Source of the DNA: Eremomyces bilateralis CBS 781.70
Taxonomy: Eukaryota
Strand: one strand, 5' to 3'
Assembly (NCBI GenBank): GCA_010015585.1
Contig: ML975174.1
DNA length: 64,000 bases
The first letter of the stretch is position 1; every line of letters begins with the position of its first letter. Positions 44,871-57,573 of this stretch are shown here, in pieces. The notes below the pieces were generated by a model. That model did no database searches and was not told the origin of the DNA. It saw only the letters and a program-made list of their open reading frames with translations. A program made the position numbers and the translations under genes.

Positions 44871-45177
44871 TCTCGAACTCAACAATTCTTTGCCTAATAT
44901 ATGCAATAACGTTCACCAAGAGAGATCAGGCTAGTTGGGACAGAAACAGGGGACATATGAAACTGGTTGCGGTGTTCGTCGTGGAGTATAAACCGAATCG
45001 AATATATTTTTTATTCGACTTGAGACCTTGGCCGGCGGGGAAAGGGAATAAAGGCTCATAACTCGAGACATAAAAGACATAGCTCACGAAAGAAAGGACG
45101 GCAACTCAGATACGGTCTGGTTTATGAAACTTGACTTAATGAGTCTCGCAGTTAGATAAGAAAGGTTTCCCAGGTGA

Positions 45178-46041
45178 TCAATCGTCCTGAGAGTACCCAA
45201 CGTTCGGATTGTCGCTCCCCATCTGATGAAGTCTCGCCCGCATACCATTCGCTCTGTTCTTCAATCCCTCCGGCAAGTCATCAAACCTACATTCGTCTAC
45301 CCACGCGCCCACCCCATGCTGAAGGACATTCTGTGCTCTGGCACTACTTCCCTTGACGTGCCCGATACTACCATGGAGGGTCATCCGTTCCACCGTCGCA
45401 TCGTAGACCCCTCGATGAAGGATATTGTTGTCGTAGAACATCACGTCCCCCGCCTTGATCTCGACAATTTTCTGCCCCAGCATATTGGACTCATATGGGT
45501 CAGCGTTGCGCTCTGCCTCCGTCCGCGCCCGTCGATGCGACTCTGGCACCACGACCAGCGATCGATCGTCGTAGAGCGCCAGGTTCCACTGCGCATGCCA
45601 CGCTGGCTCGTTCAATCTCTTGAGCTCCTCTTCCACAGTAGCGGTTGGCGGGATATCATCTCTATGCCATCGAAGCGCGAAGTCCTGATCCGGCCGGACG
45701 AGTAGGTTGTACAGCTCCATCACCAGCTCGTCATCCGTCGCACTCAGCAGCTCCTTCACTGGCGACACGATCGCGTCGCTAAAGTACGATGCGGTGAGGG
45801 CTTTGGAGTTCGGGAGTGCGGGATGGAGGAGGTGCTGGACGCCCCAGATGCCGTGGGACGGATCGGACGGCCATGGGGGGAATTGCTTGGGGAGCGTGCG
45901 AATGTGCGACCATTTCCCCGCCCGCGCGAGGGTCACGGCTTCAGAGCAGGCGGTGCGAAGGGTTTGGAGTTCATGTTTGGAGAGAACAGAGGGGATGAGG
46001 ACGAATCCATCATGTTCAAGTGAGGTGAGAAGGTCGGCCAT
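45178..46041 (-). CDS. Phytanoyl-CoA dioxygenase (PhyH)-family 2OG-Fe(II) oxygenase
   Basis: MADLLTSLEHDGFVLI start; WHRDD (HxD) and distal ILHRG metal ligands; SLVVVPESH and AGDVMFY motifs. Confidence 0.85.
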   Translation of the reverse strand: MADLLTSLEHDGFVLIPSVLSKHELQTLRTACSEAVTLARAGKWSHIRTLPKQFPPWPSDPSHGIWGVQHLLHPALPNSKALTASYFSDAIVSPVKELLSATDDELVMELYNLLVRPDQDFALRWHRDDIPPTATVEEELKRLNEPAWHAQWNLALYDDRSLVVVPESHRRARTEAERNADPYESNMLGQKIVEIKAGDVMFYDNNILHRGVYDATVERMTLHGSIGHVKGSSARAQNVLQHGVGAWVDECRFDDLPEGLKNRANGMRARLHQMGSDNPNVGYSQDD

Positions 46042-46126
46042 TGTGCTGGTGGAACAAAACTGGGTGAGGTGAGGATGCACGGTTGGCTGGGGTCGCTCAC
46101 AGCTTTGGCATAATACCAACCCACCT

Positions 46127-46191
46127 TAATGTACCATTGAACCTACCATAGTAATGTACCATTGAACCTAATGTACCAACCTAATGTATCA
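46127..46191. repeat. Imperfect tandem repeats upstream of the PhyH gene
   Basis: taatgtaccattgaaccta occurs identically at 46127-46145 and 46152-46170, followed by shorter taatgtacca and taatgtatca copies. Confidence 0.85.
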
Positions 46192-46586
46192 TCAATGTTC
46201 GCCGGGTGGCAATGCTGGGTGACATTGCCGAGTGTCGGGTCGATCAATGAGGAGAAGTCACAACGGCACGGCACACTATCTACTGCACTATTCACTGCAA
46301 TACGGGTCACCATATTTTGGTGGATTGAACTGCTGCACTATCGCCTACTCTACAGTTTGTTATCCCATGATCATATTCACGTCTTCATCATCCCCCCACC
46401 CAAGGCAATTGAATGAACCAAACACTGTCCATTTGCCATCATGATATCCCATTAAGCAGACCTTGTAGAAACTGAGTGGAATGAACCCATGAAGGCTATC
46501 GCATCTGGGCGTACCTTCCTCGACGTTTGTTGGTCCTCTTAAGATAGAACTTTTCGACGACCGAGCCGTGCCGCCTTTTATCGAAC

Positions 46587-48777
46587 TTAAGAAGAGGTAA
46601 GATTGGGGACGGGAATTCCTCCCGCTGGTCTTGATTTATAGATCGAAGCAGATTGAGGTCGTTCGGGTGATCGGGTTGGGAGAGTGTAGTTGTGATCGGG
46701 GGGACTGAGAGCGGACAGCTTCGGATGGTCACTGATACCCGATGGCGTCGGTGCAGGGCTTGCTTGCGGTTCCATCGACGGTTTGGACGGTATATCGGAG
46801 ACTTGATGCTGCGGCTGTACAGCTTGGCTGGCTGAGAGCCCATTCGTGACGGGGGTAACGCCGTTGCCATTAACTGCTTCGACCTTCACAGGAGAGCGCT
46901 GCTGCGGGATAGCAGGAGGGAGGGAGTCCCGTGGTTTCTCGGCCTTCATGTCAGACACTGTGCCATCCGCATCTGCGGTGGGTGTCGCTTTCTTGTACGG
47001 AAGTTTGACAATCAAGCTCCTCGGCCCTTCACGCTCCGGATCGGACTCCAGATCGCCATCCGACATCGAGCCATCAGTCGCGTCACCGTCGTCCATCTGG
47101 TCGTCTGCGTCATCGTCGCCATCCCACTCGTTCCCAGAGGATACATCGTCGTCTTCATCGTCCATCTCATCAGAATTGTAATCCTCGATGTGAGCATCGC
47201 CTTTTGCCCACCCGTTCGCCGTGCGTCCTCCAGACCGCGTAGGGCGAGCACCTGAACGTGTCGGCGGAGCAGTTTCGGACGCTTCGGACTGATCGTAGGA
47301 CCCATTCATTGGGGAGTCAGCCGCTGCGGCTTGCCCAGTAAGCAATGTCTCGCCGTAGAGCCCACCAAGGCGTGACCGGACTTGACGTCCACTGGCGGTC
47401 ACCGTCGGCCTGCTGGACTCGGCGGGCATGGCAACGCCGGAAGTGCGAGTCGATCGACGAACCGACAATGCGTCGGATGTGTCGTCCTCGTCGTCGGAGA
47501 AGGTGTACTTCATGCGCTTGCCGCGTGTCCGACCTTCATATAGGGAGAAGCCAGGCTCTGGACGGGAGAACTGCGCCTTGCGCGACAATCGGTATTCACG
47601 ACGTTTGCGTTTCTGGTTTTATTCGGTTAGTGAGGCCTGTTGCAAGCTGATAGGACAATTACCTCTTCTGTTGCCTCGAATCTGGGGATGGCGGCCAGGA
47701 TCTTGTCCGCAAGCCGTCGACTGGCTTGTGCGCCATCCTGCTGTAGCCTGGCGCTCACTTCTCGCAGTTCATCGATTGTTCCTGCGACGTTCCACCACGT
47801 AATATTCTTCAGGTTCCGATTGCCTTCGCGATATAGTCGGAACGGGGTGTCGTCTTGGCCTTCGACCAGCCAGTACTGCCTCTTGTCCCCATCACGGCCC
47901 CATGGCTGCACCGACAGCGGTTGGTTGAGGTCGTCTTCGTGCCGATTCTGCTTGTAGGAGTCCTTGACCGTCTTCGACACGACTTCGGAGCTGTGGAGGG
48001 CCCAGAGCACGAGGGTTCGGAGGAGGGTGAGCTGGGAATATAAATCAGCATGATGGACAAATACGCGTGGAGAGGACGAACCCGTTCCGCTGGAGCCATG
48101 GAATTGAATGACTTCCCGCCCGAGAGCGGGTTGACGCCGCCCCAGGCTCGAGGCCATTCATTCTTGTGGAAGGAGATCGCGTCTTCGAGAGCTCGGCCAT
48201 AATGAGCGCGTCTATCGGTGAAATTCTTAGCATATGAACCATTTCCATCATATATTTCGTGTATCACGCGTCGATGTCGCGTCTTCGGGCGATTCTTACT
48301 CTATCAGCTTCTTCCGGTTCAAGACGAGACCGAGCAGGGCGCAAAGGAGATTCTCGACCTGTGGGGACGGGTACGAATCGACAACTCCACGCTCGATATC
48401 TTGAGGTCCCAGATGGGCTGTCTTCGCAGGGAAAGCTTCCGAGAAGCGGTTTCTGAACATCACGAGGAACTATATAGATCCATAGGTTAGCTACGGGATC
48501 CCATTCGCGCGATTGACATCGAGGCATAACTGGAGACGCGTCATGAACGCGTTGAGGGACTTACTGCAATGTCTGGATTATCAGCAAGGACCTCTTCATG
48601 AGGAGGAGAGGCAGGTCTCTTCCTCTTCGGAGGAGGACTCGAAGACGGCTCTTTCATGATGGAACCGGGCTTAGGACGACCGGAAGACATGTTGGCGCCG
48701 ATTTTCTCCAACTCCATCCGCTCATCATCTGTCGGCGGTGCTGAGGACAAGGAGGAAAGTGAAGAAGAGTCGTCCAT
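46587..48777 (-). CDS. WHIM1-type chromatin protein (Ioc3-like ISWI partner), multi-exon
   Basis: Exon pieces: MDDSSSLSSLSS..PPHEEVLADNPDIA; FIVMFRNRFSEAF..GPQDIERG..LCALLGLVLNRKK; GRALEDAI..GGVNPLSGG; LLRTLVLWAL..PWGRDGDKRQYWLVEG..FRLYRE; YEGRTRGKRMKYT. Joined by GT-AG introns. Confidence 0.7.
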
Positions 48778-50352
48778 GGTGAAATTTGCATGTGGAGGTG
48801 ACAGCGTGGTTCTATTGTGACTTGGGAGGAAGGTGGATGTGGGAATTCAAGGTGGTGATGTTCAGGTGCACGGAGCTAGCGACTTGAGCCAGCCACGACA
48901 GCAACGCTGATTGGGCAGGGATGACAGCACTCGCAATTAATGTTGTGTTGAGATCACGTTTTGGAAAGAATAGACTTTGATTCCGATAACTATCTTCAGT
49001 GAGGTTGCTTAGGCGTCCGGAGGAGCCGTCTATTGAGTTTCCAGCCATTCCGGGAGCCTCCCGAGTGATTTCGAAGGACGAGGGACAGGACTGCAGAATA
49101 AACAGCTCCAGGAGGATATATCGTCTCTGGTATATCAAGGGAAGCAAGGTTCCTTTGAATGATGTCCCATCCACGCCAAACCATCATTCCTAGCATATGG
49201 GCGCTGCACGGCAACTCACTGGAAATACCATGAAAGCGATGCTGGTGCTCACGCCTAGTGGTCCATTGCTCTTCTAGTGATGCATCCTATTGACGAATCC
49301 AGCTAAAGCAGATCCGTGATGCATTCTTCGTGTGACATTACCAATGGTCATTACCAGTGGTCTCGGAGCACCTGTACAGCAACCCCCATCAAGATGCACC
49401 ATTTGCAGCTCGGAGGAGGGCGCCTATGTTGCTTCGAGATGCAGTATATGAAGTGCCCGACGCATTTGGCGTTCGTGGTAGATGAAATTGGGGGGCTGGT
49501 CGTGGTCCCCCCAGTTGCCAGCGTCGACCGGTCGCAACGATACCGACACCCCAACGGGCTCCCACCGTACCACACAGCGTATATTGCTTTCCTACGCCGA
49601 ATGATGGCATTCCCAAGCCGGTTTCAGCCATTATCGACGAACATGCCATGTAGAAAATATCAATATATGTGATGGAAATTGAGACTTTCAGGATAACTAT
49701 CGAGAGACTTTTGACCCGAGAAGGAACCCAGGAGTCCGTAGAACATTTTCCGTGATGAATTCGAGGCAGTCGGATTTGATTGAGAGCTGGAATGCGAGCA
49801 TGATGCGAGCATGATGCGAAAGATGAGACGCAAGTCCCAGGGTGCTAGAGGGGACGACTCGCCAAAGACGGCGTGCGAACAGCCCTTCTCAACGCAACAT
49901 CCGCCTTCGCCATCCAAGACGATTCCACAACTGAATAAAGATAATGAGAAGAAGTAAGATCAAATAGGAAAAATTGACTCAGAAGGCAAATAATGTAGCC
50001 GCCAGTGGAGCAGCAAAGATATCAAAGGAACCGGTCAACAGACACCCACATCATTTCTAGTCCAGAAATAGGGATCCTAATTCGTATATATCGCGCCGAA
50101 ACACCATCATTCGCATTTTCTGGTCAGATTCAAGCTGCATGGACACGATGAAGAGCGATGGAGTGATTCTGGTGCTGGACGGACGTTGCGTGAAGGCTCG
50201 CCTGATGTGGACTAGCGCATCCGCTCCGCTTATCTAATCGACTTCGCCTTGGCACCGCACAACTCAAACTTCACCAAATTCTACCACCACTCCGCCCATA
50301 CATTTCGTCAATCACACAACAAGACCCCTTTGCAGTTTCAGAAGGAGCAAAG

Positions 50353-51419
50353 ATGGTGAGTCGATCCATATTCTTTGGCGTTTCCTACATCGAGGACATC
50401 TCTACCTGGATATGTGAGATGGAGATGGTCCCGGATGGTTGTCGAGGAGCCGGCGTCGATTCGAGATGTTCGCGAAATCGCAACAATTGCTGACGGAGTT
50501 TTCTAGGGTCGCGTTATTCGAAATCAGAGGAAGGGGTAAGAGAAGACACATCCCATTGATCGAATCACCAGCTCATCACCATCCTAGCCGCGGCTCGATC
50601 TTCAAGGCCAACACCCGCTTGAACAAGGCCCCGGCCAAGTTCCGATCCCTCGACTACTCCGAGCGACATGGCTACGTTCGCGGCATCGTCAAGGACATCA
50701 TCCACGATGCCGGCCGCGGCGCCCCGCTCGCCAAGGTCACCTTCCGCGACCCGTACAAATACCGGCTCATCACGGAGACCTTCATCGCCAACGAGGGCAT
50801 GTACACCGGGCAGTTCGTCTACGCCGGGAAGTACGCCAGCCTGACGGTCGGCAACGTGCTGCCGCTCGGCTCCGTCCCTGAGGGAACCGTGGTGACGAAC
50901 GTCGAGGAGCAGCCGGGTGACCGTGGCGCGCTGGGGAGGACCTCCGGCAACTACGTCACTGTCATCGGCCATAACCCCGATGAGGGCATCACCCGTGTCA
51001 AGCTCCCGTCCGGAGCGAAGAAGGTTGTCAAGAGCAGCGTTCGTGGCATGGTGGGCATCGTCGCTGGTGGTGGACGAACGGACAAGCCGCTGCTGAGTAC
51101 GACATGAAATTTCGGGATCGAAGAGCATGACTGACAGCGATACAGAGGCGTCTCGCGCGAAGCATAAGTTTGCCGTCAAGCGCAACTCATGGCCCAAGAC
51201 TCGTGGTGTGGCAATGAACCCCGTCGACCATGTACGTATCTCGCATCATCCCTCGGGAATCCCACTAACCCGCGTCCACAGCCTCACGGTGGTGGTAACC
51301 ATCAACATATCGGTAAGGCCTCGACCATCTCCCGGTACGCCACACAAGGTCAAAAGGCCGGTCTCATCGCCGCGCGGAGAACGGGTCTGCTGCGGGGAAC
51401 CCAGAAGACGAAGGATTAG
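50353..51419 (+). CDS. RPL2: 60S ribosomal protein uL2 (L2/L8), multi-exon, ATG-only first exon
   Basis: ATG|gtgagt intron, then [81 protein letters not shown]. Confidence 0.97.
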
Positions 51420-52638
51420 AGGGGATGAACACTGCGGCGGTCGGCACGGCAATCGGAGTTTATGCATATCATTCATGGCTGGATGTCATTGCGGCCTGGG
51501 TGTTGGTCTCTGGCTATCACAAAAATCAAGGGACATTAGCGATTTGATCTCTGGACTGCTGCTTCTGAGTGACTGTGATTCGTCGGGTGTTGTGGAGCGG
51601 ACCGCGTGTATTCTACAGTATGCTTCGGTTGGGATTGTGCTCCAGTTTTTCTGATTCAAATATACTGGAGATCGAAGTCTCAGTCACGTTGGGATATGGC
51701 CACAGTCTGGTGATACTCCACACCAGCAAGCGACGAGTTCCCATCCAACGACTAAATTTATCCATCGATAGCCCATACTTTTGATACCAACCTGAAGGGG
51801 CGCGGGGCTACGTCTATGAAACTTCTCCGCCCGACCAATCCCCAGCAGTGGAGCACCGCAGCACGAAACAACGTTGGTTAAAAGGCCTCACAAAAAGCGC
51901 CCCCTCCACTTCAGCGTGTAACATCCAGGCCATCGACCTGCATCGTTATTCGAGGCCCGATCATCGTTGTCCGGCGCTAAGCGTCGCAAATCTGCGCAGT
52001 GGAGATGGCATTTTAGTCTCCCGACAGGTATTTGCCGCTGCATGTGGAACATGACGATCGACAACGCTCTTCCCCTGGTGAACCGCCGACCAGCGGTCTC
52101 TAACCTGCCCAAACCGTGTGTTTCATGCGCCCTTCCCCATTGATTTCCTCATTGCAATATCTAGGGCTTGTCGTCTCCCTCGATTCTCGTTTCCAACAGA
52201 TTAATCGTTCCCATCCGACTGAATACATCAATCGTCTCGCATCCATCCCGTATGCGTTCTCATATTCTTTTCATTCGCTTATATTAAACCCAACCATCGC
52301 TTTGTGACCGGCGGCGAACCCGTCCGTTATCGATAAAACTTATTTCCTACATTTATTGCACAACACCACGGCCGGCACCAGAGAGCCCAGAGTCCAGACC
52401 TGGCCCCCTTGTTGACGCACACCCCACCCATCGCCATCAATCTGATCAACATCCCTGAGGAAGCCTTTGTTTGGACGTTGGAGGTCTTGGGAGAAAGGCA
52501 ACAATCAATAATCAATATCCTTGAAAGGTCCTTTCTCCCCCTTATTTTAATTCCGGCCGATCTTCTCCCCTCTCCTCTTCTACCTTCCATCATTTCCATC
52601 GCTGAGACCTGCGAATATACTCGGACGCCATACACACG

Positions 52639-54061
52639 ATGATGAACATGAAAAAGCTCGATCGATTGAAGCAGTGGGCGGGCGAGCGCATGGGCGGGGA
52701 GGCGAAAACTAACACGACGGAAGATTTCAAGGCGTTGGAGGTGGAGATGACGATGAGACATGATGGTACGCCCGTCCTACGAGCTGGTGGAATCGTGGAC
52801 ATGGAAGCTGACTTGATGGGATCACATAGGCATGGAAAGTCTCCACAAGTCGATGACCACATACATGAAGTCGTTGTCGAAGCGACAGGAAGGGGACGAC
52901 CGGGAGAAGGCATTGTCGGTCGGCAATCTTGGGAGTACCATGGTCAATCATGGACAGGACTTCCAGACCGATTCGGAGTTTGGGAACTGCCTCATAAGTA
53001 TGATCATCGATGTCCTGGGATACAAACGAAGGCTAATGAGGGATATAGCTCTCGGTCGAGCGAACGAGATCATCGCGCGGAAGCAGGAGGGGTACGTCAC
53101 TGCGGCGACATCAAGCTGGCTTGAGTCGCTTGAACGCTCGCTCGCACAGATGAAAGAATATCAGGTACGCATCCATCCACGGAGCATGAAGGACCAACGC
53201 TGACACTCCCAGGCCGCCCGAAAGAAGCTCGAACAGCGCCGACTCGCGTACGACGCGTCCCTCGCTAAGGTGCAGAAAGCCAAGCGCGAGGACTTTCGCG
53301 TGGAAGAGGAGTTGCGGTCGCAGAAGGCGAAGTACGAGGAGTCGAGCGACGATGTGCTGCGGCGGATGCAGGAGATTCAGGAGTCAGAGGTGGAGAGCGC
53401 GGCGGACCTGACGGGGATGTTGGACGCACAGCTGGCGTACTACGATAATTGCCGGGAGGTGCTGTTGCAGGTGAAGCGGGAGTGGCCGACCTCGTACGTA
53501 CCCGGAGAGTGATGCAGTCGAAGTTCGAACCTTACTGACGACATGTTAGCCAACGACATGACTCCCACCATAGCCGCCACGGACCCCGCTCCCGATCCAG
53601 CACCGCCGACCGCTTCAGCATGGCCGAGCACCCCTCCACCAACCTCCGCCCCATCACCACCCGCTTCGCCCCCCGCACCCAATCCGCCTCCCCTAAACAC
53701 GAGATCCCCACTNNNNNNNNNNNNNNNNNNNNNNNNNNNNNNNNNNNNNNNNNNNNNNNNNNNNNNNNNNNNNNNNNNNNNNNNCACCCGCATCCCCACC
53801 GACCCGGCCGGCCTCCGCTGCGCCCTCCGCCCGGCGCCCCGCATGATGACCGCCAGCGGCAACATCTTCCACGACCCGAACGACGACTACGCCGCGTATC
53901 AGAGCCACTCGCCGACGAACACGCACGCGAGCACGACGTCGACGGCCAGCGAGGTGGACGTCGGGTTCGTGAAGAAGGCGCCGCCCCCGCCGCCGCCGAG
54001 TCGGGTGAAGAAGGCGGCGCCGCCGCCGGTGCCGGGGAAAAAGTTTGTGGGGTTGGGGTGA
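52639..54061 (+). CDS. BAR-domain protein (fungal endophilin-like) with Pro-rich tail; multi-exon, spans an assembly gap
   Basis: RLKQWAGERMG..T..EDFKALEVEM, SEFGNCL, WLESLERSLAQMKEYQ-AARKKLEQRRLAYD, EEELRSQKAKYEES; tail KKAPPPPPPSR..PPPVP. Confidence 0.85.
53713..53784. other. Assembly gap (72 N)
   Basis: Run of n characters inside the C-rich last exon of the BAR gene. Confidence 1.
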
Positions 54062-54508
54062 TGGGGGAATAGATAGGTAGGTTGGGTTGAGCGTGGTGTT
54101 GGGAGAAGGCCGTCTAATAATTCGGGAGAGTTTTGAGTCTGGAGTCTCCTCCCTTGGTGCAGATGGTCGTTGGTAAAAAGCGCTGGTCGTGTATACTATT
54201 ATTTTTACGAGGAGGGGTTCAGCGAGGCCGTAGGTCCGTTTCGTGCAGTCTAGTCGACAATGCAAAAGCGTGTTCCGCCAAATGAAGTCAGGATAGAGAA
54301 TCGGAACGTTGTGAACACGTCGATGTTTGTGAGGAAAGTGAAACTGGCAGACTAGGAGCTTGAATCTGAGTTGAGTATGACCTTATCACGTCTTACATGT
54401 CCCTCGTATTGCCATCCTTAGTGTCTAGTGATCTCTCAGCTCTAGCCTCTAGGCCACTAGTCGGCAGTACAATGGACTGTGGCGTCTGAATTGTGTGAGG
54501 CTGTGAAG

Positions 54509-54623
54509 TTACCTCAGCAAGCTCAGGCTATTTGTGGTCGTGCCAAGGCACCGGAGTGGGACTATACCTAATCGGTAAGTCACATGCACTCCTCGAACAA
54601 ATAGCCTGAGGATTCTGTCAATG
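54509..54623. repeat. Element 2 left bipartite TIR
   Basis: Outer 25-bp block and inner 25-bp block, 65 bp apart; CTCAGGCTATTT and AAATAGCCTGAG are inverted within the end. Confidence 0.93.
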
Positions 54624-54770
54624 GGTTTTGGGTGTGTGCGGAGAGCTTTCATACCAAATGGAAGACCATCTTTAACTCCATTTTCATCCACAACCACACT
54701 ATGCTCCGTCAATTAAATATAACCATTCGATTCCCCTGCTTTTTCTCCATAATTGATTGAATTTTGGGTC

Positions 54771-57498
54771 ATGTCGGCCCGAAACCAGCATCGTCAGAGC
54801 GCGCGGTTGAACTCGCCCACTTTGCTACCTGCTCCAAGTTCTCAGCATATTGCTGCGTCAAACACATCTAATGCACCTCGTCAGAAAGCAAGAGGTTCTC
54901 AAAGACGCAGTAAGGCGCAGAGAGTAAACGAGATATGCCAATTCATGCGGAAAAAAAACATTACACTACGAGAATTTATCCATGTCTACGCGACGACTCA
55001 AGGGTCTGATGGTTATGGGGAGCGCCCTGCCACGCGTGCCAAACGACTCGCCGAGGCCGTCTACGGTCAGGCAGAGGTCTTAGATGCACTGCGAGAACAT
55101 CCCGCGTCTGGTGCGGCAGGAATTGTCACTATAAAGGACCTGAGGAAGGAAATGAAGGAACTGGAAGAAGCCGGAGATATGTTTAGTGCCTACCAAGTCG
55201 ACCGTGTCCAAGAGAAGACTTCACCTGCCGGCGTAGGGAGGGAGAAACAGTCAGAGGGTCAGAAGGTCGAGGACTACGAGCGCATACTGGGCAACATGCA
55301 GTTTGGGCAGATGTACGAGCAAGTTAAAACTCGTGCTCCTCTTCTATGTGGATTGCTCAATGGCCTTATGGCGCCCAAGACAGAGAGAAAAGATCGACCG
55401 CCACGGGATCCTGTCAAGTTCAACCACAGGATTGCGATAATCACGTCGATTCTCTGCTATTCTCGGGCATCGGAAGGGAGTAACAAGTTTCCCCGCGTAT
55501 TTGGCGCCTTTCTGCACTCAAATGGCGTGAAACGACGTATCCTCGATCTTCTTCACCAATTTGGGGTTTGTGAAGGCTACAAGGGAGTCCACAGGCATCT
55601 CGAAACTGTGGCAGAACAAGCAAAGGCATCCTCACCGCCTCTCAGTATAGACGTCCACTGATTGCAATTAGGGAACGGTTCGTCGATATGGTCAGCAACT
55701 GGATGCCTGTGTTGTATATGACAATTTCGACTATCGAGAAGGTATTAAGCACCAGCTTATTTCAAATCACGCAGAAATGCGCTCTGTGACAACGGGAAAG
55801 GTTTTCAGAGGCTCTGATATCCCCTCTGGTGGTCTAAAGCAGTCAATGCTACACCGCGAGGTTCCACTTACAATAGAGGATCTTTTATATTCTCCTGGTG
55901 CAGCAGTATATGACGAGACTGCCGCAAAGATTGATACCTACTTTATAGCGGAGGCAATTCGATCAGCATATCCAATATCGGTCGAATCTATCTTCTCTAC
56001 GTCCGACACACCTTACCCCGCTATGCCAGCAGTCGAGTTACTCGAGATTCGAAAGACAGATAGCAAGACGCTCGGTCCGATTCTCTTTAACGAAGGTACT
56101 CTAGATGGTTCCTACGAGGTTATAGAGAGCATCTACAAGTACCAATTCCGGCTAGATAATAAAGAATTCGACAACCGTCTGTTCTTGGCATTTGGCGATC
56201 AAAAAACCTCTTCACTTATCCGATCTATGCAGGCTGAGCAAGTAGACGCGTCTATGGCGTATGATAGAAAAGACTGGCTGATAGGAGTCGCTGCTCTCTT
56301 TCACCTGCGTATGAATTTTCTATGGCTTATGCAAAAGACACATTACGGAAACATGGAGCAACAGGACGCTTCAACTCTCTATCACAACATCAACTTCTGG
56401 GGACGAAAGAATATTCCAGCAGACCGTGCAGCATTTCAGGTTCTGGAAGAGCTGGTACTTCACAGTTTCGACGCTCGGGTTGTTGGACTACTCTATACTC
56501 GCCTCGAGCAGTGCGGCATCGATACCTCGGATCAAGATGAGGTTGACAAGGCAATTCGGAACATGAATACTAGAGGCTTTATGGACCTAGTGGAGGATAT
56601 TCGCAGATCCGCATTTGAGCCGCAAGCCTGGCGACCATCTAAGGAGCAGTATACCAACGACACAGTCGATGAGGAGTTCCTCAGTCACGCTCGATATCTT
56701 CAACAAATGGTTGTATACAAGACCTTGAAGTACGGTATCAAAAACGGAGATATAGGACTCATTGATCGAGTTATTGGTGTCTGTTGCTTTTACTTCGAGG
56801 GGACTGGACAATCAAACTACGCATTCGAAATGCTCTATCTAAAGCGGCTCACTAGCACCAAAGCTTGTGACAAGGAGCTTCGGCGCGCAATACTCTCGAA
56901 TAGCCTCGTTAATCCGCACGGCCGTCGGGACACCTGGCAAGAAGTCGATCGTAGCCTTGAATATCTAAACCTAGAGCTGAAAAGAGAGCTTTGGGCCCGT
57001 CGAACGTCGACTTTCGGATTAGATGCCCTGTTCAAGACTACCTCATTGACGGCAGAATATACTGTTTGTCTACGCAGGGCAGTTGAGGATGCATTCGCCC
57101 GGAAGGACAACTCCACACATTCCGTGCCCTCCCCGAAAGATGATATTCATACATTGGCCTTTGAGCTAGCATACGACTCGATTAAGCTCTATGACGGCGG
57201 CAGGAAGGCAAGACATCAAGCGCCAGACATACATACGGTCGGGCTCGAAAGAGTAGCAACTCAAAAATTGGAAGTGTTCAATGCAAAAGTTATAAGAGAT
57301 AAAGATCGGATAGTTGTACCACCTTATGAGAGGAGAGGAGCTACGGCTGATCTAGATCCCAATAGCGACACGATGGCGATATTGGTATGTGCATGCTCAT
57401 ATAGTTTCTGGTCTTGTGCTAACAGACGTCGCCAGCCCTTGGCAGACAGAGATATAACCCATGAATGGGGTTTACCTTCGGATGTCGAGTTAGACTAA
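54771..57498 (+). CDS. Putative DDE transposase (DUF6589/Academ-like); exon 1 from 54771, intron ~55626-55671, probable second intron 57385-57435
   Basis: Exon 1 (GAFLHSNGVKRRILDLLHQFGVCEGY) is homologous to element 1 exon 1 (GLYMISSGTKRRVVDTAAGLGLTETY). After the TAG acceptor at 55671 the frame reads VVYDNFD, FGDQKT, ALFHLRMN, KNGDIG, GQSNYAFEML, LVNPHG, VDRSLEYLN. Confidence 0.82.
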
Positions 57499-57573
57499 CC
57501 TATCTATAATACCCACTCGCTGTAGTCGTAGCGGCTATTATTCCTTTTCTTACTGCGAGGACTTCGCCTTGCG

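Noticed and set aside
49790..49830. Short tandem gagcatgatgc repeat
   Set aside because: Two copies only; ordinary slippage repeat.
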